A stretch of 63,531 nucleotides of DNA, the filler included, from Octopus bimaculoides (taxonomy: Eukaryota): assembly GCF_001194135.2 (NCBI RefSeq). It is 6 parts of 6 records of this genome, joined end to end, with 100 filler letters (N's around TTAATTAATTAA, not from the genome) between each part and the next. Parts side by side here need not be neighbours in the genome. Positions count along the whole stretch, not along the records: positions 8,587 to 24,816 come from NC_068985.1; positions 24,917 to 47,038 come from NC_068983.1; 4 more parts are not named here. One strand, given 5' to 3'. Position 1 is the stretch's first letter. Each line of letters starts with the position of its first letter. This document shows positions 13,431 to 26,480 of this stretch, piece by piece. The notes beneath the pieces are model-generated. The model was not told the origin of the DNA, made no database searches, and worked only from the letters and a program-made list of their open reading frames with translations. A program made the position numbers and the translations under genes.

Positions 13431-14947
13431 TATAACAATGTGCTATGTATGTTGCTGATTTTCTCCCCGATTTCAATTCATGTTAGAAATATATATATAT
13501 ATATANNNNNNNNNNNNNNNNNNNNNNNNNNNNNNNNNNNNNNNNNNNNNNNNNNNNNNNNNNNNNNNNNNNNNNNNNNNNNNNNNNNNNNNNNNNNNNN
13601 NNNNNNNNNNNNNNNNNNNNNNNNNNNNNNNNNNNNNNNNNNNNNNNNNNNNNNNNNNNNNNNNNNNNNNNNNNNNNNNNNNNNNNNNNNNNNNNNNNNN
13701 NNNNNNNNNNNNNNNNNNNNNNNNNNNNNNNNNNNNNNNNNNNNNNNNNNNNNNNNNNNNNNNNNNNNNNNNNNNNNNNNNNNNNNNNNNNNNNNNNNNN
13801 NNNNNNNNNNNNNNNNNNNNNNNNNNNNNNNNNNNNNNNNNNNNNNNNNNNNNNNNNNNNNNNNNNNNNNNNNNNNNNNNNNNNNNNNNNNNNNNNNNNN
13901 NNNNNNNNNNNNNNNNNNNNNNNNNNNNNNNNNNNNNNNNNNNNNNNNNNNNNNNNNNNNNNNNNNNNNNNNNNNNNNNNNNNNNNNNNNNNNNNNNNNN
14001 NNNNNNNNNNNNNNNNNNNNNNNNNNNNNNNNNNNNNNNNNNNNNNNNNNNNNNNNNNNNNNNNNNNNNNNNNNNNNNNNNNNNNNNNNNNNNNNNNNNN
14101 NNNNNNNNNNNNNNNNNNNNNNNNNNNNNNNNNNNNNNNNNNNNNNNNNNNNNNNNNNNNNNNNNNNNNNNNNNNNNNNNNNNNNNNNNNNNNNNNNNNN
14201 NNNNNNNNNNNNNNNNNNNNNNNNNNNNNNNNNNNNNNNNNNNNNNNNNNNNNNNNNNNNNNNNNNNNNNNNNNNNNNNNNNNNNNNNNNNNNNNNNNNN
14301 NNNNNNNNNNNNNNNNNNNNNNNNNNNNNNNNNNNNNNNNNNNNNNNNNNNNNNNNNNNNNNNNNNNNNNNNNNNNNNNNNNNNNNNNNNNNNNNNNNNN
14401 NNNNNNNATATATATATATATATATATATATATATACGCACACACACACACACATACATATGTATATATATATATACAGTCAATCAGTCTGGGAATGTCC
14501 CCACCGCTGCTTTTTGGGCAATTATGATCTCTGCGAGCACGTCTTAATACAATTAGGTGCTTTGGCGGCAGTATTGGAGCATGTAGCTCATATTTATAGC
14601 AATGATATTCCTACTAACACCCTCAGTCATATTTAATGACATTTATGGTCTTCCATTTCACTACACAGTGCTTACAATTGCCTGCATTATTTGTTATATA
14701 TAATAACGAATTAGAATCAGCGCTAGCATTGTAAATATTAGCGACTGCACATATGCATTATATGTGTTTGTTGTTCACCTGCTCTATTATAGTGCGTTGG
14801 TGGAGGGCACCTACGTGCCAGCGAATCACCAAAGTGTCCTTCTGTACATTGAGTATGTATGGTCGATCATATATATTTGTGTAGGTGTGTGTGCATGTTG
14901 TGTGTGTTGTATCTGTGTGTATGTGTGTGCGTGCGTGCGTGCGTGTT

Positions 14948-14997
<50 letters not shown>

Positions 14998-17296
14998 GCT
15001 TTGTCTGTGCTTACGCTGTTTGTGCGTATATGTACCTTCGTTTCTATGTTCACATGATGGATGCTTCTGTGAAGAGAAATATTGATACTTATCAATGCAG
15101 AAGTCAAGGAATAATGTAAAGTGTGCGAAGAAAAGCATTCAATATTTTTGAGAAAATGAAATGTCTTATGCATTTTACGTAAAACTTCACAACAGACATT
15201 CTCCTATATGACAAGTAAACAAATCTGTAATTCTTACCTTTTAGAATCTGTAATCTGACATTGTATTGTTCACAAAATGCGTTATTAAACAATTAAGTAC
15301 ACTTGTAATTATTGAATATGAGCTAGACTTACACACCTATCAAATTTCAATAATGTAATTATATACGCCGTCATGCGCTGCCCAATAAATCTGTTCCACT
15401 GTTTGCTTAGCTTAGGATATGGCATAATGCATTCGATTGATTTTTATGAACACAAAGAATATAACGCTGGTGAAAATACATGAAGTATAAAATAATAAGA
15501 GCCACAATAAGCTGCATTTAACTAGAATGTCTAAAGTGATATGCGAAATTAAAGTAAATTGTAGTACAATGTAGACATTTATCCAGACATTCTTCGATGA
15601 GTGACATATATTCAAATCATATCGTGATGGAAAATGAAAGAAAATTATATTGGCGCTCGAATTATAAACGAATAAATATAAAGCAATATATGCGATTTAT
15701 TTTTTCCAGAAAATACAGCATTTTTATTCTTTATTTATTTATTTTTTTTTTATTTATTCAGTTGCTGCAAATTGATATTTTTCCTACATGACATCGTTAA
15801 TGAAGCAACAATTGTACGTATGATGTCCAGCTTATTTCAGTAAGAAACCCGATTTTTTTTTTTGTACAATTGTATACAGAAACTGATATAATAGTCTGTT
15901 AAAGCACATGAATGCTGCTAGTTTCATTAAGAATCTGAGACTTATAGCTTTGTGACGATTCTCGTGTAATTTACTTTTGATTGTCGATTCCATTTCTTTG
16001 TATTGTAGGTCCACATGGCGCTAAAATAAATTCGCTTATTATTACGATATGAAATATGAAGAATTTCCCCAAAGTAAGATGTTATTCTGATTCCACCAAT
16101 TACACACTACACGGCAGTAGGCAGAAATGTTCTCACTCCAATGACAGAAATGCGAAAAATGTAAAATAAAAGAAATGTATTTAAAATTACATTGGTACAG
16201 CATAGAAAATATATAGAATACATTATGAAGTATATAATTTGTTTAATATCTTATATCAAATAATTTTTTAAGTTACTAACATCAAAGGAAACTTTAACTC
16301 AGTGACCTTTTAAACGTATATACTAATTTAAATTATATTATAGTAAATTTGGTATAGCATAACGTAGAATATTTTAAAAGCATTTCCATCAAAGTTCACT
16401 TCTTAACGTAAAAATGTTTCATCTTCTGACCTATTCAAAGAATTTAGAAATTCTGAAATTCAAAGGAAAATCTGAAAATATCGATTTGAATGGTGATAGG
16501 TCAGTGGAGTCGTTGTGTAAATGTTAAGGTAGATGAGTAAAAGCAACGGAGCTTATATCATAAGCAAAACCGGTACGTAGAAAGGATGCTTGTATATGTG
16601 TCCCTGTTTAATCTAAATTATTTTATAAATGTATCTTTGTATGTATGTGTGTGTGCTTGTGTATATGTGTGAGTGCATGTGTTTGTATTAAATATTGGTA
16701 TATGTGCGTCTGTGTATGATTAGTGTGCGTTAATATTTTTCTGTGTGGGGTCTTGTGAGAGTCGGAGAATCTGCTAATTGCTATAAAATTAACGGTGTGC
16801 AATAACGCTTGAAAGCACACACTGACATATATATGTATATATATATATATATATATATNNNNNNNNNNNNNNNNNNNNNNNNNNNNNNNNNNNNNNNNNN
16901 NNNNNNNNNNNNNNNNNNNNNNNNNNNNNNNNNNNNNNNNNNNNNNNNNNNNNNNNNNNNNNNNNNNNNNNNNNNNNNNNNNNNNNNNNNNNNNNNNNNN
17001 NNNNNNNNNNNNNNNNNNNNNNNNNNNNNNNNNNNNNNNNNNNNNNNNNNNNNNNNNNNNNNNNNNNNNNNNNNNNNNNNNNNNNNNNNNNNNNNNNNNN
17101 NNNNNNNNNNNNNNNNNNNNNNNNNNNNNNNNNNNNNNNNNNNNNNNNNNNNNNNNNNNNNNNNNNNNNNNNNNNNNNNNNNNNNNNNNNNNNNNNNNNN
17201 NNNNNNNNNNNNNNNNNNNNNNNNNNNNNNTATATTGTTATGATGAACAGTTGTATATTTATATTGACCCGTATAGTATATTATAACGAGTTAAGA

Positions 17297-17347
17297 AATT
17301 ACATTTGAAAGCGCACAGCACGAAACCATGACCGGTGGTTATGAATT
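17297..17347 (+). ncRNA. Degenerate hammerhead-like motif (weak)
   Basis: aattacat-TTGAAA-gcgc acag cac-GAAAC-catgaccggt-GGTT-atgaatt. Stem I and stem III pair, but the core differs from CUGANGA at several positions. Followed by aataaa. Confidence 0.3.
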
Positions 17348-18729
17348 ATAAATAAAGAAGGAAACATTAAAACTCTAGGTCTATGTACCGCAATGTAAAG
17401 GCCTTCGTAGATTGTCCCTGTGTCACTGATATGGGGTCCATCTGTTACCCCCACTTTTAACGACAGACATTATTATCTAAATTTCCAAATGAATATGTTT
17501 GACTTGGAATTGTTTTTAATATTACTACACATTATTCATCTGCAGTTAAAGCTATTAAAGAAATAACCCGTATTACACCATTCATACGTTATATACAAGT
17601 AATTGCAGTTTCACGTTGTCGCATACAAAACTTCTGATACAACTGCTGTGATATAATTTCATCATGTGTATATGTAACTACAACATTTTCTCGCATGTAC
17701 TCGCATTTTTTAGTATGAAAGATATCTTACATTCAATGAAATTCGAGGTTAGTTTAAGATCATGATTCTCCCACTCCCGTATTCTCAGTCTGTTGAATTT
17801 GTTCTGGTATATCTTATCGTCTTTTAGATCTTCACAGTAGTATGTTCATCAAGAGATGCTAGACATTAGCTTTATATGTGTAGACAAATTATTGTTTATA
17901 AGATTCTGATATTCACAGTAAGACAGTAAGTGTTCGTCTGCCAACATCGTTGTAACAGGTGTATCTTCTATGTATGGAAATACGTTTACTAATGTAGTCA
18001 TCTTATTTATATTGACGAATTGTCTGCCAGTCTCAAAATGTTGCCATCAGGCGGTATGACATCATAACCTCAGATGAGATGATAATGAGAAAAATAAAGC
18101 AGATATTTAATTAGGCATACACCACTGCTCCGTTTCTCTCTTCAAACTGCTCTGTTGTGGAAGATTAGTACCAAACTTCCGATTTATTACAGTGCAGAAG
18201 CTGCATAATAGCAATTAGACTTTATCAGCAGCCGGGTTTGGCTAGGACTTATTTACGGTAACAATAGCATTGGTGTAGCACAAAAACATTAGCACGACTT
18301 TGTTTTGAAATTCACGGCACCGAAAAGTGCTTCAACACAAGATTACACCGGATGAATGAAAACCTGATGGAAGCTCTGTTAGACGGCAGGAGTTTGATTT
18401 TAGTTTAGGCAGATTTCATATATACCCCTATGATTTCTGAATCGTTGTAGCCACCATATATGCAAAGAGTAAATGTAAAATATTTTTAATCTATTTTAAC
18501 GATACACTTTGGATATAAGGGATTTGAAGTGTATTAATCAAGGCACACAGTTAATATCAAAATCTCAGCCCAAGATTTCATAGCTGGCCGTTATTACCTC
18601 ATTTAATGCAAGTTATCTTATTATCAAGCAAGGTATTCACAACCGTGAACACAAAATGTTTTGTAAATGCATACAAAAATCGATCCCTCATTCACATTAT
18701 TCACTCTCATTCTATCTACCACGCATGAC

Positions 18730-19110
18730 TATTTGGTAGGAAGTGTCCTTCCCAGCTACAAAGTTTTAGGTTCATTCCTACAGCGTGGGTTTTAGGTGCA
18801 TGGTTTTAAGTTCATATCATAGCGTCAGGCTGAAGAATTTCTTGTGAATTGGGTTTGTAGATGGATACTGATATACACGTTTGTCTGTGTTTGTTTGTGT
18901 GTGTATGTGTGTGTGGGAGTGGATGTTTATTTGTGACTTAGTATTTGTGTGGTACCCCATCGCTGCTTGAAAACCGGCGTTGGTATGTCTACGCACCATA
19001 ACCTAACGGGTCGCGAAAAATGTCCGGCATAATAGTTACCAGGATTTAAAAAGTACAGCAGTCAATTCGTTTGACTAAGATTTTTCCACGGGATGACCCA
19101 TGCAGCCTCA
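18730..19110 (+). mobile_element. SINE family A, old diverged copy
   Basis: tggtaggaag..ttaggttcattcc head, (TG)n linker and cgctgcttgaaaaccggcgttggtatgtctacg second module. Confidence 0.5.
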
Positions 19111-19159
19111 CGGTGAACTAACGACTGGAATTCAAACGGTGACCCTTAACGTTTCTATG

Positions 19160-19265
19160 TTACACCGAATCTCCCTGAGAACAACGTTAAGGGTAGACCT
19201 CTCTAAAGAGTGATCAGCTTGTTGCGGGTTGATTTCATGAGAAGGCTGTTCCATTGATCGGATCA
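19160..19265 (+). mobile_element. SINE family C, 3' part
   Basis: gaatctccctgagaacaacgttaaggg..ggctgttccattgatcgg is the reverse complement of the 22495-22610 repeat. Confidence 0.55.
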
Positions 19266-22200
19266 ATATATTTCTGAAGCATTAAAATTTGATATCAATA
19301 ATATCAACAAACCAAATAACTACGAATATTAACAATACTTCTACTCATGGATTCGTTATTTCTGTCTTTTGTTTGAATAAGAAATCCTACACATTAGTAT
19401 GTTATTGAATGTGTGCGCACTCATCTGCAAATTTGTCGGTGATTTGATGTGAATATATGCGAATAATTGCTCTACTTGTGCAGAATATAATAGTAGAGTA
19501 AGCCGTTAAATTTTCTTTAAGAGAGCGCCTCTCTATAATTGTCTAAATAATTGTCGTGAAGTATTTGTGACAATTAAAGTGTATTAGTTTCACTTCTAAA
19601 AACGCATACGTCCAAATTCACACACGCACGCACGCACATCTATGAATTTACTGTACATACATACATACATAGATAAACATGTATATGTGTGTATGTGTAT
19701 ATATTTTAGTATGTGCGTCTATGGTTGTATGTGAGTGTGTGTTGCGTGTGTTTGATGTGTAGGGATTGAAATGGCGGTTACAGGAGAAACACGGGAATCC
19801 TCCCTGAAATTCACTCGGCACTTGTTACTGCCTTTGAATTGCTCGTTATTATTTTGTATAAGAACCAAAATGTATAAATACTCAACAAATCCCAACTTTG
19901 CCTCTTTTCAGCTGATGTTAGGCTCGGTACCAGCTCCTGTAGGTGCTGGCACGAACGTAACCCCGATAGACTAACAGTGAGTCCCATTGCAGAGTAAGAT
20001 CTAAAACGAAAATGTCCATTGAAAGTTACATACCGTGTTCTGAATGAATCCTTACATTGTCAACATTGTCAGCACTTAGAAATTCACGAAGACTTCCCTG
20101 AAAGACGGTAGATTTTAATATCAATCGATGCAGATTTAATAGTTTACAATAGTTTTGTAACATTAGGTAGGAACAAATAGAGCATCATTGTAAAGCGTAA
20201 GCAATAACAACAGCGAAACAGATGGAGAAAAGGAAGCGTCGTCTATGCTACCTTTATTCACAGCGTTATCAGTTGAGATGGAATCTGATAGGTTGCCAAT
20301 AACATTAACACAATGTTTACGAATCATGTCGACAAACAGGTGTTCATTTTTTATCATTTCTAAGATTTCCAGTTTAACGTACAAAGGCTGTTTCAATTTA
20401 TCTGCATTGCACACACACATGCACAGACATACGTACACACACACATACATACACACACATGCAAACACACACACAAACACATAAATATGTACACATACAC
20501 ACACAACCACACATACAGACACCCATACATACACACTCATACATACACAATCAAACATACGCACATACATATAACTGAACTTCATAAAACAAATATATGC
20601 TGTGATGTTTACTCTTTATTGTCCTCATTCGAGAAGAAAATTATATAAGCCTTTCTTCTGTCCCACGTGAATCCTACGATCGATCCATTGTCTCAATGCA
20701 GCCAATAACTTTGTTAGACTATAACAAATTATGAAATACAGAAAAAGTAAACGGGATTCCAAAATGCATAATTTTTATTTTATACGTTGCCAGCATGGAT
20801 ACATCAGTTAATGTCTTATTTCATATATTTGCGAGACTGAGTATTCATTTCACGCAGAAAATTTGTACGTTAAATTATACTCCCACCTCATTGATAGTTA
20901 TAAATAATTTATATCGTAGGAAATTAAGAAAAATACCGATCTAAATGTCGAAGACATGAATGTATTTCATGTCAAATTTCCAATCTGAAGATTGTTGGTG
21001 GCTCATAGAAAGAAAACATATGAGATAGTGACTAATTTTGGAATCTGTATCGTCCTAAGGTGAATAGTTTTATTTGCAATGATGATTCCAGAAGCAAACG
21101 GACATAGTTTTTCTTCACATTTTGAAGTTATGATACTGATAAATAGGAAGGAGCTTGATATTTATCGTTTAAAGAAGATATAAACTTTTATATGGATAGT
21201 TATATGGAATATGGTAGCTGCCACCGCGCGTAAATATCTTTATATTATATATTCTCTGATATTTGTGTTTAATGAAGCTAATGTTGCATCGTTGCAATAC
21301 CGTCTCATATTCGCTTCTGTGTCACATAACAATAATTCACAATTAATTCGTGTAACGTACTAAATTCTCTAATTCTTTTCAGAAAGGATTCATTTTATTA
21401 TCCACTTTTAGAAATTCCATATTATGCACATCATGTTGGTAAAAGCTAGAATAATTTTTTCGGAAACAAATTGCAATGTGTCTGTTAGTCAGTGTTCTCA
21501 CTTAGAGACGTTTCAAAAGCTCCTTATTTTGATCTGATTTGTTCTAGTTTTGCATTGTACGATTATAAATATAATGGAATATCTATACTACAGAAACTAG
21601 ACGAGTTTTCTTTCTGATGGAATGTGTCCCAAGCTGTTGTAATTGATATAAGTTGAATATCTGAGATATAGTATAGGTATAAAAGTGGTCAGAATTGCAA
21701 TTTAACAAAATTCAGTGTATTGACTAAATCGTTTCTCTGATATAACATACGAATCGACTTTATACAAAGAACTTCAAAGACAATCTCAACGGTTGATGTA
21801 ATTTCGAATATGACATGCAGCTTTTAGCACAAGGAATCTAATTAGAGATTTCTGTTTAAGACGTCCCAAGTATATTATGCTGTGATCGTGAAACTTACGT
21901 GCAAGTAGCTGAGCACTCTAATGACAAGCGTACATTTAAGGCATTTCGCCGATAGTTTTAAGGATATTATGTCTGATAAGTTTCTAAAGTGCTAATGATT
22001 ATTTAATTATGTTGCTTGTTTTCAAAATAGACATAAAGTGTAATCATAGGAAAGGTTAGAAACAGAAAAAAAGAAAGAGTAGATCTATTCGTTATCCTAT
22101 TCAATACATGCAACAGAAACGAAATTTTGTCATTTTTGGTGTATCTCCATGCTGCCTATAGTGTGAAATGGAAAGAATACCGAATGAGAGAAAATGCATT

Positions 22201-22494
22201 TCGTTAGCATTTTAGATATCAATTAGTTTCTATTAGACGATAAAAAGAGATCACTGATGAACTTTATCAAACTCTGGGTAATAGAACGTCTTGGTGTCGT
22301 CTGTGCCTCGATATATATTGAATATTTGGAAGGCTTAGAAATCTGTTCTTGCGCACAGATTGAAAGTTGGAGCGAAAAATAGATTAGAATGTTGCAGTTA
22401 ATTTGTATTATTTATTTAAAATGCTATCATCTTACTATTATCATCTGCAGGAAGTACTAAACTGACGATCCATCGCTTACGGCGACATTTCGAG

Positions 22495-22610
22495 TTTTAC
22501 CGATCAACGGAACAGACTGATCGTGAAACTTACATGCCTGTGGCTGAGCGCTCTACTCACACGCGTACATTTAACGTATGTCTCAGGGGGTTTCAGCTTG
22601 ACTCGATAAT
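22495..22610 (-). mobile_element. SINE family C, 3' part (a shorter copy lies at ~21885-21945)
   Basis: ccgatcaacggaacag..gtgaaacttacatgcctgtggctgagcgctctac..cgtacatttaacg. The same motif recurs at 21888. Confidence 0.55.
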
Positions 22611-24652
22611 GAGCTCAATACTTTTATAATTAATCTAAGTTTTTTTACCGGAAATAAATAGTATGAAAATATATTTGCAGTATATAAGGAATAAATTCAT
22701 AAAATGTTATTGCACGCTCCAAATATTAAAATTGTGCAACACTTGTCGCTGTCGGCGAACATGATAATTATTCCTTCCAGATATCAATTGCAAATCAACA
22801 CGTTAACGACGACAAAACGACGCATAGGACAATGTATATTACACCATTCGTAATTGCTCTTACCTCTATACTATCAGTGATAAAAACAATTCGTATAATG
22901 CAGCATGAAGAATGATGGCACAGAGACAAACATTTAATTTCATTTTTTGTTTTCTTTTTTTGTTTGTCACAAAACTGCAACTTCAGTCAATGCTGCACAA
23001 TACAAATAAAATTTTGGCATGCTAACTCAAGTTCATTACAATACTTATGTGGTTGGACCTTGGTTTATAAGTCCTTGATGATTTAGTTAGGAACTATTAC
23101 ATATTGAATCACATTTCAAGCACAACGACTCTACATCGGCCCTGGATTTCGGCTTTGGCACCTTTATAAAAAGTCATTATTATTTAGCCCGCAACAAACG
23201 GGGCAACTCTTATGTATTGCAACTTTTAACCTATATCAGCGGACGTACAGTTATCTTTTTCCATTGTAGTAACCAACTTACTTCATAAAATTGCTGTTAA
23301 TATATATTTTAGTAAATTAAGTACCGGGTAAATATGATGGTTAATAATTGTATTGGTTATGAAAGCCCTGTAAGCTTGTGATAAGTGCACGATTCTGATT
23401 ATTTACAATATCATCAATAGGAACCACGTTAGTAAATTTGAATACAGTTGTAAAAGATATCGTGGATAACTAACTGAAATATTTTGCGGAGTAAATAATG
23501 CAGAACATCAATATTTCTGCGTTCTTACGGACAACTGAGAAATGATCATCTTCGTAAGAATTGTATTTTGCTTATTATACAGAAATATTTATAAACGAAG
23601 TTAATGGCGCCAGGAATTATGACTGAATGTTTATTGAGACTTAATCCAGTTAATAAACAATGCAAAGTTAAATGTACGCTTGGCTTTATGCATCATTTCT
23701 AAAATTAGTTATAAAACTGCAGACATATTTATATTTTTATCAATGAATTATGAGTGCATAATATGCTTATCGTTTGTCAATCATTTCATATAATATTATT
23801 AATATTATTAGATATGTATTTGCCATTATTTGATAGTTTGTCAATTTTGAGTCATATGTATGTGTTCCTGACGATTCCATGTCTATATCCTCCGCATATG
23901 TTATTGCACTGTGTTGACAATATATTACTTGTCCGTACATCTGCTTCGCCGTATATGTTTTTGTGACAGTGTATTTGATCACTAATGAAATATTTCAATT
24001 TATATAATAATTTGACGATGTATATACTACATTTCTTTTTTACATTTTAAAACTTGGATGTGATGTTGCACTAATCATGCGTGTATATATTTGCGTTTAC
24101 TACGTTGGTTTGTTTACGACCAAATTACTGATATATTTTTTTATATACTTTTTAGAATATTTAATCCTATTTCAACATTGTAACATGTATAGAGCATGAA
24201 GTATTATTAAATATGTCGCTTTTAGAATACGTTGTGCATCATTTCCAATATTCATAAACACACACATGTATATAGACTTGCACTCAAATACACACTTATA
24301 CGCATACACACGCACGGACACACACAAAGATACACACACACATACGCACACACACATATATACATATATATGCTATATCGCTTAGACATAAATATATTAA
24401 TAACACGTTGTTAGAACGAAATATGCGTACACTTGAAAACAAAGTGAGCACAAGTAAGAAATTCAAATGATAAAGAAGTAAAAAAAATAATATCAAGAAC
24501 TGCATTAGATTAACGATGCTTCTGCTATAAACCACAATAAAAAATGAGCCTCTAAGTAGTACACATACCCATAATAGTAGAAACGCCCGTGAGGTTATGA
24601 TGTTCATGATGCAATTTATCATTCATTGTCATCTTATTTTCTCTCTCTCTCA

Positions 24653-24700
<48 letters not shown>

Positions 24701-24717
24701 TTCTATTTCTCACTCAG

Positions 24718-24816
24718 CCAAACATGGGCTGAGAGAAAGTTATCTCTAAAAGGCCGGGCGGAGGTGGCTAATGTGTATATCGCATCAGTCATCGATTACC
24801 GCCTGACCGTCGTGCC
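24718..24816 (+). mobile_element. L1/Tx1-clade LINE ORF2 fragment (post-RT region), cut by a gap
   Basis: TWAERKLSLKGRAEVANVYIASVIDYRLTVV matches the W..R.LSL.GR...N..I.S...Y motif of L1/Tx1 ORF2. Confidence 0.7.
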
Positions 24817-24916
24817 NNNNNNNNNNNNNNNNNNNNNNNNNNNNNNNNNNNNNNNNNNNNTTAATTAATTAANNNNNNNNNNNNNNNNNNNNNNNNNNNN
24901 NNNNNNNNNNNNNNNN

Positions 24917-25195
24917 AGAGAATCGGGAGCCCTTTTGGTCATTCTATTTTCCTTGCTGGAAGGGTTCCTAACCCATGAGCAAAGAGGGGTTAGATGATGG
25001 CGGTGGTGTTTTCAAAGGGATGGCATGTGTAACCTGATCACCTCTGCCGATCAAACTCTCAACCCATGCACTCCAGTTGCAACACTGATTCTGCCCAAAT
25101 TTGACGTCATGTTACTTAGTTTGGTTTGAAATAAAGAACTTGATTAGCTTAATAATCCCAACTTAATCCCGGGCAAAGCCGGGCTATACTGCTAG
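24917..25195 (+). mobile_element. Helitron-like 3' terminus (5' end lost in the gap)
   Basis: GC-rich hairpin cccgggc-aaa-gccggg (25168-25183), 8 nt later CTAG (25192-25195), followed by T. This is the canonical Helitron end geometry. Confidence 0.55.
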
Positions 25196-25249
25196 TAATA
25201 GATAAATGAAAAATACGACACTGATTGTCTGCTGGTATCTGTGGGTTTG

Positions 25250-25544
25250 TGTGTGCGTGTTTGTGAGTGTGTGTGTATGTGTGTTGTGTGTGTGTGTGTC
25301 TGTGTGCGCGCATGCGTGTAACTGTATAACATTGTGTTTGAGTGTCTTTAAGTGTGCTTGCGTACGCGTAACTGTATGAAACTGTGTGGTTGTGTGTGCC
25401 TTCTCGCGCGCCTATATGAGAAGCTGTGTGAGTGTATGTGTGTTCGCGCGCGCGCGTACTTGTTTGAAAGTCTGTGTTTGCGTGTGCGTGCGCATAACTG
25501 TGAGACTGTGTGTTTATGTGTGTTCGTGTAACTGTATGAGACTC

Positions 25545-25580
<36 letters not shown>

Positions 25581-25870
25581 AATAACAGAATGTGTATGTT
25601 GGTATCTGTATGTTTAATACACAAACTGTGTGGAATGTCTGCTGATATCTGTGTGTGTGAGCTGTTATCTGTGTACGTGTGTGTAACAATATAAGACTAT
25701 AATTGCCTACTGATATCTGTGCATATGTGTGTATATTTATATATGTATGCATGTGTGTATGTATAAAACGAATAGACTGTCAGTATGTGTACGTAACAAT
25801 ATGTGATTGTGTTTGAGTATGTGCATATGTCGTTACATGTGTATGTTTGTGTAACAATAGGAGATTGTAC
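25250..25870. repeat. (TG)n-derived compound minisatellite with a recurring taactgtatgagactgtg / taacaatataagact motif
   Basis: About 8 recurrences at roughly 50-80 bp spacing, embedded in TG/CG runs. Confidence 0.7.
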
Positions 25871-25887
25871 AATTGTCAGCTGGTTTG

Positions 25888-26040
25888 TGCTGGTGCGTGG
25901 CTTAGATGTTAGGGAATTCGGCTCACGATCGTGACTTCGAAAATAAGCGGACTGGTGTTTGTTACACGGTACTCCTCCAGTCCACTCAGCTGGAAAAAGT
26001 TAGTTGTACCTGTAATTCACAAGGGCTAGCTTTGTAAACG
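25888..26040 (+). mobile_element. SINE family C, head and central domain
   Basis: gtgcgtggcttagatgttaggg (A box) and ccagtccactcagctggaaaaagttagttgtacctg, which is the inverse of 26350-26380. Confidence 0.65.
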
Positions 26041-26105
26041 AATAAAAACGGACAACATGAAGACTTGCACAAGAAATGTATTAGCTTGACGCTCGCTGAA
26101 AGTAG

Positions 26106-26146
26106 AGAGTTTGACGTTTCGGGCAAAGCTCTTTGTCAGAAAGGGG
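26106..26146 (-). ncRNA. Minimal hammerhead-like motif (CTGACAA core variant)
   Basis: Minus strand: ccttt-CTGACAA-a-gagc tttg ccc-GAAAC-GTC|aaac. G8 and one stem II pair are mutated. Confidence 0.55.
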
Positions 26147-26259
26147 AAAGGGAAAAGTCCAAAGAGCGAAAAGAAATCATCAACGGCACACTTGTAGTTC
26201 CATGTATGTATAAACTGGATTTCCGTGGGTTACAATGATGTGAGTTTCAATTGATCGGT

Positions 26260-26480
26260 TTAAAGGAACAATCTGCTCATGAACAAACGTAATCTTCAAG
26301 GTGATTCAGTGTGACACAGAAGGAGACTATGCTGGTCCTTTGATTTGCAGGTACAACTCATTTTTGCCAGCGCAGTGGACTGGTGCAACGAGAAATAAAT
26401 TGTGTTGCTAAAAAACAAAACGTGCTGCCGACAATCAAACTTAACATCTTACGAGCATAAACCGAATACCCTAACCACTA
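26260..26480 (-). mobile_element. SINE family C, near full length
   Basis: caggtacaactcatttttgccagcgcagtggactgg..taccctaaccactatgcaaggcac (reverse of head and central domain). Confidence 0.7.

Noticed and set aside
23091-23288. 65-codon Met-less open frame after an AG (ELLHIESHFKHNDSTSALDFGFGTF...)
   Set aside because: There is no polypyrimidine tract and no recognisable homology. The length is compatible with chance among many frames.
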